Assembly: GCA_002269645.1 (NCBI GenBank)
Contig: NIVC01000099.1
Location: forward strand, 248,001 to 312,000
From: Macrostomum lignano
Lineage: Eukaryota
Length of the DNA: 64,000 bases
Reading direction: 5' to 3'
Part shown: positions 1 through 11,115 of the stretch, piece by piece
Position numbering within the stretch: the stretch's first letter is position 1
Layout: each line of letters begins with the position of its first letter
Made by a program: the position numbers and the translations under genes
Notes under the pieces: model-generated
Told to the model about the DNA's origin: nothing
Database searches by the model: none
The model's input: the letters and a program-made list of their open reading frames with translations, nothing else

Positions 1-136
1 CAAAACTGCAAGATGGTCTATAAAGCCATGCGGCTTCCAACGCAAACACCTTCAATGCCTTTTTGCAGCCGAAGACCTCAGCCAGCAGTCGGCTTCGTCG
101 CCCAGTCACTCGTCGCTGCAGCCGCGCGCCCAGCCC

Positions 137-1962
137 GTGCATTCCGTCCGTTTCGCCTTGGACAACATCGGCAGCCGCGCCGGCGGCGGCAGCAGCGGCG
201 TCTTCCATCGGCCTCGGGGCGACTGCGGCAGAGCCGAGCTGCGCCGTCTGGCGCCTCGATTCCCGATCTGGAGCGAGGCCGGCGTCACCGACACAAACGT
301 TGCCAACGCGTCGAAAGTTGCAACACCTCCGCCGCCGATGCCGAAAGCGGCCGCGCCCGCAGCCGCCGCTCCAGTCGCCTCCGCCAAGAAGGTTGACAAA
401 GACAGGTCAACGGGCTCGCAGTCCTGCTGCAGCGACTGCTCGCCGCTTCGCGTCCTCGGCCTGATGGTCTATTACCTTACCATATGGGCCGTGAGCGCCG
501 GCTTCACCTGGCTGCTGCTGGAGGCCTCCCTGATGCTCACCAGCCGGGGCAGCTTCCCCTATTACATGTCGCCGCACTCGTTCTGCCTCTCCAGCCCCAG
601 CATCGGATTTCCGGGTGGCAACCCGGAGCCCGGCAAGGTCACCGAGTTCGAAAACCTGGCCAGTCTTAACCAGACTCTGCGCCAGAAATTGATAAGCAAT
701 TTTTTACAGCCTGAAGCACCGAAGATGAGGCAGTGCGATGCTGGGAGCGAGGAGACTGTGGACTCAGACCTGCTCATGCAGCCCTGCAATCTGACGCTGT
801 TTGCTCATGCTGCCATCAGCCAGGTTGAGACCCTGCTCAAGGACAGACCAGCTGTGTTCGTAAAGGTTAGAATCTTGATTAGACTACGGGAGCTTTCTTC
901 CTATGAGCAGCCGCGGTTCTCTCAATAACAGCCTTTCTCCACTCCGTAAGCAACATCTCTTTACTAAGCAGCCTCTTCACTCCCTGAGCAGCCTCTTCAC
1001 TCCCTGAGCAGCCTCTTCACTCCCTGAGCAGCCTCTTCACTCCCTGAGCAGCCTCTTCACTCCCTGAGCAGCCTCTTCACTCCCTGAGCAGCCTCTTCAC
1101 TCCCTGAGCAGCCTCTTCACTCCCTGAGCAGCCTCTTCACTCCCTGAGCAGCCTCTTCACTCCCTGAGCAGCCTCTTCACTCCCTGAGCAGCCTCTTCAC
1201 TCCCTGAGCAGCCTCTTCACTCCCTGAGCAGCCTCTTCACTCCCTGAGCAGCCTCTTCACTCACTGAGCAGCCTCTTCACTCCCTGAGCAGCCTCTTCAC
1301 TCCCTGAGCAGCCTCTTCACTCCCTGAGCAGCCTCTTCACTCCCTGAGCAGCCTCTTCACTCCCTGAGCAGCCTCTTCACTCCCTGAGCAGCCTCTTCAC
1401 TCCCTGAGCAGCCTCTTCACTCCCTGAGCAGCCTCTTCACTCCCTGAGCAGCCTCTTCACTCCCTGAGCAGCCTCTTCACTCCCTGAGCAGCCTCTTCAC
1501 TCCCTGAGCAGCCTCTTCACTCCCTGAGCAGCTTCTTCACTCCCTGAGCAGCCTCTTCACTCCCTGAGCAGCCTCTTCACTCCCTGAGCAGCCTCTTCAC
1601 TCCCTGAGCAGCCTCTTTCTCCCCGCTGCAACTGGCAGATCAAGCGCCACCTGGGCTACCTGCCGGCCACCGGTGCTCACGTGACCATCACCTGCAAGGC
1701 CAGCACTTCAGCTGGCAGTGTCTCGTTGCGCTACTACAGCTGGAATGACAGCAAGTTGGTGGAGTCCGAGTCGTTTGGCAGCGTGCCAACTCTGTACTTC
1801 CCCATGCTGAGCCGGTGGCACAACGCGCCCGCCGTGCTGGTGTCGCTGGCCAAGGCCGACAGCTCCGTGTGGAGCGGCAAGGAGCTGAAGATCAACTGCC
1901 AGGCCTCTGACGGCGGGGACTCGAAGCCGCCTGAACGGGAGGTCATCCTGAAGATCGGGTAG
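137..1962 (+). CDS. Divergent Na+/K+-ATPase beta-subunit-like type II membrane protein (2 exons, ~351 aa)
   Basis: Exons 137-865 (AAG|GTTAGA) and 1639-1962 (GGCAG|ATC), phase 0. Single TM (LRVLGLMVYYLTIWAVSAGFTWLLL), then motifs matching the beta-subunit pattern: RPAVFVKIKRHLGYLP (cf. KPCxFxKxNRxxGxxP), VTITC, LRYYS, LYFP, ELKINCQA. Family recognised by eye, no HMM run. Confidence 0.7.
968..1616 (+). repeat. 20-bp minisatellite (GCAGCCTCTTCACTCCCTGA)n, ~32 near-identical copies, intronic
   Basis: Read directly; fills most of intron 866-1638. Confidence 0.97.
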
Positions 1963-2242
1963 CTGCCTGCATTCATTTTTTTAAATTGCCTCCAAAAATC
2001 CCGGAGACTTGGTGACTGTTACATCATAACGCAAACTTTTCCGTTTCTAAACAGTAAAATCAGAATAAAGTTTAAAAAATTCTTTGCTGTGTTTAACTTT
2101 TTTGGATGAAAAACTTTTTTGTTAACGTCTAGGGTCGAGTTTCTAAGTTACCAATTCGAATACATTCTTGGAAGTTCGGAGACGTGCATGCAAACAAATA
2201 GTGGAATATGAGCATAACAAATGCCTTTTGCTAAACTGGGTC

Positions 2243-3125
2243 TGCTACAGGACCAGAGGCCCCAGTCTCACAGCTACAGGACCAGAGGCCCCAGTCTCAC
2301 AGCTACAGGACCAGAGGCCCCAGTCTCACAGCTACAGGACCAGAGGCCCCAGTCTCACAGCTACAGGACCAGAGGCCCCTGCAGTCTCACAGCTACAGGA
2401 CCAGAGGCCCCTGCAGTCTCACAGCTACAGGACCAGAGGCCCCTGCAGTCACACAGCTACAGGACCAGAGGCCCCTGCAGTCTCACAGCTACAGGACCAG
2501 AGGCCCCTGCAGTCTCACAGCTACAGGACCAGAGGCCCCTGCAGTCACACAGCTACAGGACCAGAGGCCCCTGCAGTCTCACAGCTACAGGACCAGAGGC
2601 CCCTGCAGTCACACAGCTACAGGACCAGAGGCCCCTGCAGTCACACAGCTACAGGACCAGAGGCCCCTGCAGTCTCACAGCTACAGGACCAGAGGCCCCT
2701 GCAGTCTCACAGCTACAGGACCAGAGGCCCCTGCAGTCACACAGCTACAGGACCAGAGGCCCCTGCAGTCACACAGCTACAGGACCAGAGGCCCCTGCAG
2801 TCACACAGCTACAGGACCAGAGGCCCCTGCAGTCTCAGCTACAGGACCAGAGGCCCCAGTCTCACAGCTACAGGACCAGAGGCCCCAGTCTCACAGCTAC
2901 AGGACCAGAGGCCCCTGCAGTCACACAGCTACAGGACCAGAGGCCCCAGTCTCACAGCTACAGGACCAGAGGCCCCTGCAGTCACACAGCTACAGGACCA
3001 GAGGCCCCAGTCTCACAGCTACAGGACCAGAGGCCCCTGCAGTCTCAGCTACAGGACCAGAGGCCCCTGCAGTCTCAGCTACAGGACCAGAGGCCCCAGT
3101 CTCACAGCTACAGGACCAGAGGCCC
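2243..3125 (+). repeat. 29-32-bp minisatellite (TCTCACAGCTACAGGACCAGAGGCCCC[TGC]AG)n
   Basis: Read directly; produces the spurious ORFs 2168-3295 and 2221-3168. Confidence 0.97.
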
Positions 3126-4969
3126 TAGTCTCATTCGCACTCGCAGCTGCATATTCGGGTCAATGTAGTTCTCGCTCAGCTGCCTGGACAAAGTGTTGTG
3201 CTCGCAGATCCACTCGCCGTGCCCCTTACGGTAGAGCAGCCGTTTCCTGTACAAGGAGGCCATCCGGTAGAAGGTCAGGCCCTGGAAGCAGGTGACCACC
3301 TTCACCGGGGCGCTGACCCCGCTGTGCAGCACCGCCTTGCTCCGCGCCTGATCGGTGTCCAGCCGCAGGTCGCCGCCTTCCTTGACGTGACCGGTAACGT
3401 CGGCCGGCGGCAGACGCAGCGTGCAGGGGTCGTAGATGGTGCGCCGGCCCCAGTGGTAATAGAAGCTGCTGGCGCACAGCGAGTCCAGCCGCGGCCTAGC
3501 ATGGAAGAAGTACAGGCCCTGCAGGATGGAGGCCAGGTCCCAGTCGGCCCAGTGCAGATCCGGGTCCAAGGCCAGCAGCAGCGAGTGGTTGGCAGCCAGG
3601 CGGCTGTACGCGAAGGCCAGCAGCTGGTTGCGGAGCGCCGACATCAGCTGAACGCGCTCGAGTTCCTCCAGGAGGCTTCGCTTCAGCCTGGGGCCGGGTT
3701 GGTGCCGTTTGCCAGTAGAGTAGGATGCGTTCAGGCGGCAAGGCTCCGGCGAGTTGATGCGCCCGCAGCCGAGGAGGGTGGCGGAGACCCGGCTGGTGCT
3801 GGAGGAGCCGAGGTCGCTGGTCAGCTGATGCAGGCGCTGCCGGGTTTCGTCACTGGAGTCGTTCTCGAGGAAGACCAGGCTGCACCGGGCAAACTTGCCG
3901 CACAGGCGGAGCAAGTTCGAGATGGTTGTGTCCAGGCCTGCGGGATGGCGGAGTTTGCAATGTATTTGCACAACCTCACCATGCCCAAACATTTCTCAAT
4001 CCTCACAGCAGGTGCTAAACCCTCCTAAACAGTTGCTCAACCCTCCTAAACGTGTGCTCAACCCTCCTAAACAGTTGCTCAACCCTCCTAAACGTGTGCT
4101 CAACCCTCCTAAACAGTTGCTCAACCCTCCTAAACGTGTGCTCAACCCTCCTAAACAGTTGCTCAACCCGCCTAAACGTGTGCTCAACCCTCCTAAACGT
4201 GTGCTCAACCCTCCTAAACAGTTGCTCAACCCTCCTAAAAATTTGCTCAACCCTCCTAAACAGTTGCTCAACCCTCCAAAACAGTTGCTCAACCCTCCTA
4301 AACAGTTGCTCAACCCTCCTAAACAGTTGCTCAACCCCACTAAACGGGTGCCCAACCCTACTAAACGGGTGCTCAACCCTATTAAACGTGTGCTCAACCC
4401 TATTAAACGTGTGCTCAACCCTATTAAACGTGTGCTCAACCCTATTAAACGTGTGCTCAACCCTATTAAACGTGTGCTCAACCCTATTAAACGTGTGCTC
4501 AACCCTCACAGCAGCCGCCTCCTTCACCTGGCATGGCGTTGCGAGCTGTAGCCACAACCGCCAGCGACTGGGTGCTCAGCCAGCGCTCAGTCTGCGCCAC
4601 CCGATACTCTGCAGACTCCTCAGCCGCAGACAGCCGCATCAGCGGTAGTTTGGTGCCCAGCTGGTCCATCCAGTGCAAGGCCGAGTCCATATGCCGCTCG
4701 GCCAGCCTGTAGAAGTGCTCGAAATTGTTGAAGTTCCTGGCCAGCTGCTCGTCCGAGTCGCCGACGCCGTCCCCAGCTGTCAGCGGCAGCGAGCGGACCT
4801 TGGCGCGCAGGAAGTCGGCGGCTTTTTCGTCGGTCACCTCCGTTTCACCGGCGGATGGCAGAAACCTGCCGCCGGCTCCGAAGAGCACCGAAACGCAGAG
4901 CAGCGACAGCAGGCCGGACAGCAGAGGTGCCCGTCGCAGCTTTCGATAAAAGCAGCTTGAGCTGACCAT
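3108..4969 (-). CDS. GT-A fold glycosyltransferase, CAP59/GT69-like, type II membrane (2 exons)
   Basis: Exons 4969-4528 (CCAG|GTGAAG) and 3937-3108 (CGCAG|GC), phase 1, joining as ...VVATARNAMP-G-LDTTISNL. N-terminal TM, then FLENDSSD, SALRNQLL, ALDPDL (DxD), IYDPCTLR, PVKVVTCFQGLTFY, CEH, YIDPNM. The 3' end is uncertain because the stop lies in the repeat edge. Confidence 0.72.
4012..4505 (+). repeat. 21-bp minisatellite (AACCCTCCTAAACAGTTGCTC variants), ~23 copies, intronic
   Basis: Fills intron 3938-4527 of the glycosyltransferase; variants grade from CCTCCTAAACAG to CCTATTAAACGT along the array. Confidence 0.96.
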
Positions 4970-5879
4970 CTCCGTGTGCGCAACTGGCGATAGTTGGAAA
5001 ATATTCAGGCTGTGGAGCTGAAGGCACAGCAGAAAACCGGAGCACGGAGCTGTGTGAGAATGCGCGGCCCTTGTACGGTTTGCCTCTTCTCAGTTTTCAC
5101 CTGCTCCCTGCCCCATTCCAGCCAAATCCCTAACCCAACTCCCCCGCGGTTTCACCTCTCAGGAGCTGTACAAGCTTAATAAGCAGGTGAGGGAAGAGAA
5201 GGAGAGAACCGCTCCTGCAAAGAGAAACTGCAGGAGCGATCCTTATGCCCAGCGCACGGTGTATTTGCACTGTACGGCTGGTTAGATGGAATGAAGCAAT
5301 GGTTGGAAAGAAAATATAGCCACCTGCTCCCTCTCTCAACCCTCTCTCGACCCTCCTGTTGGGGTTAGTAAAGTTGAGTCGTTTTTTATAGCCGCGGAGA
5401 GCCAACAGAGTAACACGCTTCAGAGTGCATTGAACGCCTTAACTGTGCTACTTTTTAGCTACAATCAGAGGCCTTCGCAACTACATGCGTGACAAGTGAC
5501 AAATAAATCGTGATCTCTGTTGCTATGAAGTTTGACGAGTCACAAGCATTGACAAGTTAGCTGTAGAATCACACAATGTACTAAACATTTGCGAACTTTC
5601 ACCATGTGTAGTAAATCTCATTAGAGAAAATTCTGCGATAAATATATTCCAAATATAGTAATTTGAACTCCCGCGCGAACTATTTCTAGAACATCCTTTC
5701 TTCCGGAATGTTCCATGGAAAAACTGTAAATACGAGTATAAAGCACTCGCAATCGCACGGTTGCTGCCTATACCACCCTCTTGCGAACTACCTTGTTTTC
5801 AATTTTATTAAACCAATGATACTAAAGAACCACCACCTTTAAGCTTCATTTATTTAGTACCGCTACATCGTAGCAAGTG

Positions 5880-7497
5880 ACAAGTGCCTGGTAACTGGTC
5901 TCTAGTGTTGTTTCAAACGGTTTGTTGCACAAGTCTAGTGATTTTGACAAGGGCCTAGTAACTGGTCTCTAGTGTTGTTTCAAACGGTTTGTTGCACAAG
6001 TCTAGTGATTTTGACAAGGGCCTAGTAACTGGTCTCTAGTGTTGTTTCAAACGGTTTGTTGCACAAGTCTAGTGATTTTGACAAGGGCCTAGTAACTGGT
6101 CTCTAGTGTTGTTTCAAACGGTTTGTTGCACAAGTCTAGTGATTTTGACAAGTGCCTAGTAACTGGTCTCTAGTGTTGTTTCAAACGGTTTGTTGCACAA
6201 GTCTAGTGATTTTGACAAGTGCCTAGTAACTGGTCTCTAGTGCCGTTTCAAACGGTTTGTTGCACAAGTCTAGTGATTTTGACAAGGGCCTAGTAACTGG
6301 TCTCTAGTGTTGTTTCAAACGGTTTGTTGCACAAGTCTAGTGATTTTGACAAGGGCCTAGTAACTGGTCTCTAGTGTTGTTTCAAACGGTTTGTTGCACA
6401 AGTCTAGTGATTTTGACAAGTGCCTAGTAACTGGTCTCTAGTGTTGTTTCAAACGGTTTGTTGCACAAGTCTAGTGATTTTGACAAGTGCCTAGTAACTG
6501 GTCTCTAGTGTTGTTTCAAACGGTTTGTTGCACAAGTCTAGTGATTTTGACAAGTGCCTAGTAACTGGTCTCTAGTGTTGTTTCAAACGGTTTGTTGCAC
6601 AAGTCTAGTGATTTTGACAAGTGCCTAGTAACTGGTCTCTAGTGCCGTTTCAAACGGTTTGTTGCACAAGTCTAGTGATTTTGACAAGTGCCTAGTAACT
6701 GGTCTCTAGTGCCGTTTCAAACGGTTTGTTGCACAAGTCTAGTGATTTTGACAAGTGCCTAGTAACTGGTCTCTAGTGTCGTTTCAAACGGTTTGTTGCA
6801 CAAGTCTAGTGATTTTGACAAGTGCCTAGTAACTGGTCTCTAGTGTTGTTTCAAACGGTTTGTTGCACAAGTCTAGTGATTTTGACAAGTGCCTAGTAAC
6901 TGGTCTCTAGTGCCGTTTCAAACGGTTTGTTGCACAAGTCTAGTGATTTTGACAAGTGCCTAGTAACTGGTCTCTAGTGCCGTTTCAAACGGTTTGTTGC
7001 ACAAGTCTAGTGATTTTGACAAGTGCCTGGTAACTGGTCTCTAGTGTTGTTTCAAACGGTTTGTTGCACAAGTCTAGTGATTTTGACAAGTGCCTAGTAA
7101 CTGGTCTCTAGTGCCGTTTCAAACGGTTTGTTGCACAAGTCTAGTGATTTTGACAAGTGCCTAGTAACTGGTCTCTAGTGCCGTTTCAAACGGTTTGTTG
7201 CACAAGTCTAGTGATTTTGACAAGTGCCTAGTAACTGGTCTCTAGTGTTGTTTCAAACGGTTTGTTGCACAAGTCTAGTGATTTTGACAAGTGCCTAGTA
7301 ACTGGTCTCTAGTGCCGTTTCAAACGGTTTGTTGCACAAGTCTAGTGATTTTGACAAGTGCCTAGTAACTGGTCTCTAGTGCCGTTTCAAACGGTTTGTT
7401 GCACAAGTCTAGTGATTTTGACAAGTGCCTAGTAACTGGTCTCTAGTGCCGTTTCAAACGGTTTGTTGCACAAGTCTAGTGATTTTGACAAGTGCTA
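5880..7497 (+). repeat. 67-bp tandem satellite, ~24 copies
   Basis: Unit CAAGTGCCTAGTAACTGGTCTCTAGTGTTGTTTCAAACGGTTTGTTGCACAAGTCTAGTGATTTTGA with few variant sites. Confidence 0.97.
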
Positions 7498-9123
7498 GTC
7501 GCAAGTGACAAATTTACAAATTATTATTGTCTCAACTCCGTGGCATGGCATCACTACTGACTTGACTTGGTCCCCAATAAGTTCTAGAATGAGACTTCCG
7601 ATGAGGATTATGACTATGAGTAGCTATACCAGGTTATTATAAACTGTTTGGATTGATTTGTAAGTGGCATATTAGAGCCTCAAAAGCCGAAATTTTTCTA
7701 TCTACATGTACGAGATGTGTTACGTATGGACACTGGAAAACAGGCCCAATAGTAAATGTTTGAGTTCAGAGTGGGAATGCATAGACAGCCATTTTTGTTA
7801 TCGGTGAGTTGTAACCATGCAATGGGTGAAGTAATACATGTATCGTGGATTGTACAATTTGTACCCTTTTGGCAACAATTCAAGCCGGTTTGCTGGCTGT
7901 TTTAGATTGCTGCCGGAAAATTAATTGATGCATTTGGCTATAGAAAAACCAAAACATGACAACGGAGTGACGACAGGAACTCCGTTGCAACGCTTGAATG
8001 ATTCTCCGGTAACGATTGTGAGCATTCTTTGCACCTAAATATTCTAATGTTGTTCGTAGTCCTATTTGTACGTGCTTGCGTTTGGGGGGGGTGGTTGTTT
8101 GCAACGTGCGGCTGCGCCCGTGTGTGTGCAACACCCAAACCCCACCTCAATCTTCGGCTTATAAAATATATCGATTGTCAGGCCTGAGCGCCAAGTCGGT
8201 TTTCTCGCAATCTCAAACTTCGCTCGCTTTACACGATGTTCACCCCGCGATTGAAATCCAGGTGCCGCTGAATGGCCGCACGAAAACAGATGAAAGACTT
8301 CGGCGCGTAGTATGTTTCATCCTGCTTTCGAAGAGACGAATAGAAAAGCCTCAGATAATCGTTCAGGAATTTGGATAAATACACGCTCAAACTCGTGGCA
8401 AGAGCCTCTTAGCATTGAGGAACTGGTGGAACCTTGCCGAGTGAACTTTTCGTCGAGTTTCGGTCCATTTCGGCGCAGATTCATTCTCAATCCGGTCCAG
8501 CATTTGCAGATCTTCGCTAGTTGACGACGCATTCAAATTGTTAATCTCCAGAACAAAGGAAGAATTAATTTATGACACTTAAAATAGTCGTCTCCACTGT
8601 CCTTTCCAATTGCCACAGATTGACTGATTGTTTTCTGCTCTTGCTCTCAAAGAGCCATAGACAGCAACCAATCCCGTTAGTCTCCCACAGCGGCTCTGCT
8701 GCCATAGATCTAGAAGTTGAAAACTCCTTCCAGATCAATTATTTCAACCCCTCTCCCTCCCATGAGTGCTGTCAAAAATCGAAATTGAAACATCAGTAGG
8801 AAGTAGTGTGATTGGGGCGAAAATATCAGTGTAAAAATTAAAGTTGCTTGCATTATAACTCTCAAACACATACACAGCTGTCTATGGTCATATGGTCTCT
8901 ATGGAGTTGCCAGTCTGCTAAAAATAGCTCCCAACCAAGCAAGCAAGGACCAATGACTAATTAACAACTCAGGACGTTTACACTCAATCAATTGAGTTGT
9001 TAAGTAGTCCTTGGCAAGGACTGGTGTGAGAGCTTTAAATAGACAAACTCAAAAGTTTTAACCATAGCTAAAAAAGAATAATATATGGTATAAATGGGGA
9101 ATATAAATGGGGAAAGATAACTG

Positions 9124-9645
9124 GGGCCGATTTCACAAAGAAACTACAAGTGACAAGTGACAAGTCGACAAATGACAAGTGACAAGTGACAAGTGTCAAC
9201 GATTTTGGTTTCATAAACATGGGTCCTTGCTCGTGTTAAAAATACCTCAATTTTATGTCTATGGTTGAGATACCATATGAAATCGATCCAGCCTTTAGAC
9301 CACAGACCACAATTTTAGGATCTGAGTTTTAGACAGACTTGCTTTCAAGACGGCCTCTGCGTTCTTTTCCGGCTTGAATACACAGCTTTAATAAAGCTAC
9401 AAGTGTCACAGCGACTTGTCAAAAACACAAGACAAGAGGAAGTATTTTCTCACAGAAGCATCCAGCTTAGTGCATGTCTATGGGCGAAACCCCCGAAGGA
9501 GCGCTTGTAATTTATCAAATTTCGCTTGTCACTTGTAACTTTTCGATTTGTCAAGTTGTAGCTTGTTTTTATGAAACGCATTATTTTGAGGAATTGTCAC
9601 TTGTCACTTGTAATTTGTCCGACAAGTGCTTTATGAAATAGGCCC
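9124..9645. mobile_element. PIF/Harbinger-type MITE (522 bp)
   Basis: TIR GGGCC(G/T)ATTTCA(C/T)AAAG; 3-bp TSD CTG (9121-9123 and 9646-9648); subterminal GTGACAA/TTGTCAC repeats. CWG TSDs are known for animal Harbingers. Confidence 0.75.
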
Positions 9646-9989
9646 CTGGCATATACCATATATTCCCCATTTATACCAGTGCTAAGGCAATAAATGCTTG
9701 AGTGACAAGTTTATTGACCAAGGCGAAGCAAACGAATCAAAATCTTTTTCATTAATATTCCACTAATTTTCCAAACAATATTCTACAATACAAACTGGCA
9801 ATCCAACCCTACAAAACTTAGGCTTGGATAGCGACTCAGGTGACGAATCATACGTGACTGCATCTGGTGGAGGCTAAAAAGGTCCAGACTGTGAATCCGC
9901 CAGACAACATCGGAGCTAACTGGCATGATACTGCACTCCGGAAACGGATAATCGGCCCAAAGCACTTCCCGAGTTTCTCGGCTCGCTTG

Positions 9990-10620
9990 GTCTGCGTCCG
10001 GATTTTCTTGTGCCGGACAACATTGAAAATTGCATGGCTGCCATCCTTGGTCAATTTCTTCCCGACAGTCTTCTGCAAAGTTTGTGCGCCTGGACAACCG
10101 CCAGAGCAAACAGGGCTGTTACGCAAAGTCAACAAGAAAACGGAGAGCTGCCATGGAAGCTCCTAAATTGGAAGCCTGCATGCAGCCTGAATGAAATGCA
10201 GTTTATCGGGATTCTGCTGCACATGGGAGTAGTACAGAAGCCAGATATTAGCATGTATTGGTCAACTGATCTTATGCATCATCAGGACTTCTTCCTCTGA
10301 GTCATGTCTGTCGCGTAGCAGGTTCCAGCTCACCATGACCTGGTTTCGCTGCTACGATTGCACGGAGGTTAATGAAGCTGATCCGCTGTGCAAGATCGAC
10401 CCTTTTTAAACAAAGTCCAGTCCATCTGTCAAAATAAGTACATGCCACTTCAAAATATTTCTGTTGACAAGTCATTGCTACTTTACAAAGGTAGGCTCCA
10501 CTTTCTTCAGTACATGCCCAACAAAAAGGCAAAGCTCGTCACCAAGCTGTACTGTCCAGCCGAATCGAACAGCGGCTATCTGTGGAACTTTCTGATCCAC
10601 TCCACTGCAGCCCAAAACAA
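9990..10620 (+). pseudogene. piggyBac (PGBD-like) transposase remnant
   Basis: Frameshifted segments FIGILLHMGVVQKPDISMYWST and YMPLQNISVDKSLLLYKGRLHFLQYMPNKKAK..KLYC.AESNSGYLWNF match piggyBac DDE transposases; no TTAA/TIR found. Confidence 0.85.
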
Positions 10621-10918
10621 CCTGTTGGAACTTTCTGATCCACTCCACTGCGGCCCAAAGCAACCTGTTGGAACTTTCTGATCCACTCCACTGACCTTGA
10701 CAAGGCTTCAAATTTTATGCCCGGAAAAGATACGAGTATAGATAACAACGCAGCAATTAATATTTGCTTTCTGAATTCGATAATAGCATAGTTCGAGCAG
10801 TTTATGGTTGAAAGTTGATAAGATTATTATATATTTAAAAAAGATTATAGGCAAAAACTACAAATAAGCTTTATCAAAAACATCTTCTCAACACGGCATT
10901 ACAGTGACCCCCGCAATG

Positions 10919-11020
10919 CCAGCAGCGATAGAAAGTAAATCGAGCACAAGCCAGTGCCCCAGAAATTCGGAACTGGGGCCAGAATTTTCTGACATGGCCG
11001 TCATGCGAATCAGCTGCTGA
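10919..11020 (-). promoter_or_regulatory. Candidate SECIS element (form 2, long apical stem) in the SelW 3'UTR
   Basis: Hand fold: helix 1 CAGCAGC/GCUGCUG, core AUGAC/CGAU, ~10-bp helix 2, unpaired AAAA, apical GCCCCAG/CUGGGGC hairpin; ~96 nt after the stop. Confidence 0.7.
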
Positions 11021-11115
11021 CAAGGCGGAGGCCCAGACTTCAGGTGAGCACTCCTACTGAATCAGGGTTCTTACTTTACCTAACAGTACATTGCCCCTGC
11101 CTCTGAGTCCCCAGC

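Noticed and set aside
2168-3295. Long repetitive ORFs here, and likewise at 3895-4648, 11749-12894, 13348-14034, 14340-15138, 15811-16875, 43624-44194 and 62315-62924
   Set aside because: Open in several frames and on both strands purely because of stop-free minisatellite units; most lie in introns of genes with phase-consistent junctions.
5690-5722. Heat-shock-element-like TTCtaGAA / GAAtgTTC motifs
   Set aside because: Only two perfect inverted pentamers each, and no clearly associated TSS.
5880-7497. CRISPR-like appearance of the regular arrays
   Set aside because: Units are head-to-tail with no unique spacers, there are no cas genes, and the context is eukaryotic.
7700-8150. Possible zinc-knuckle or transposase fragments (CTRCVTYGHW, RCKEC)
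   Set aside because: Motifs incomplete, frames short, no supporting domains.
10578-10695. Three short repeats (GGAACTTTCTGATCCACTCCACTG) as a regulatory array
   Set aside because: Local slippage duplication of the decayed piggyBac coding sequence.
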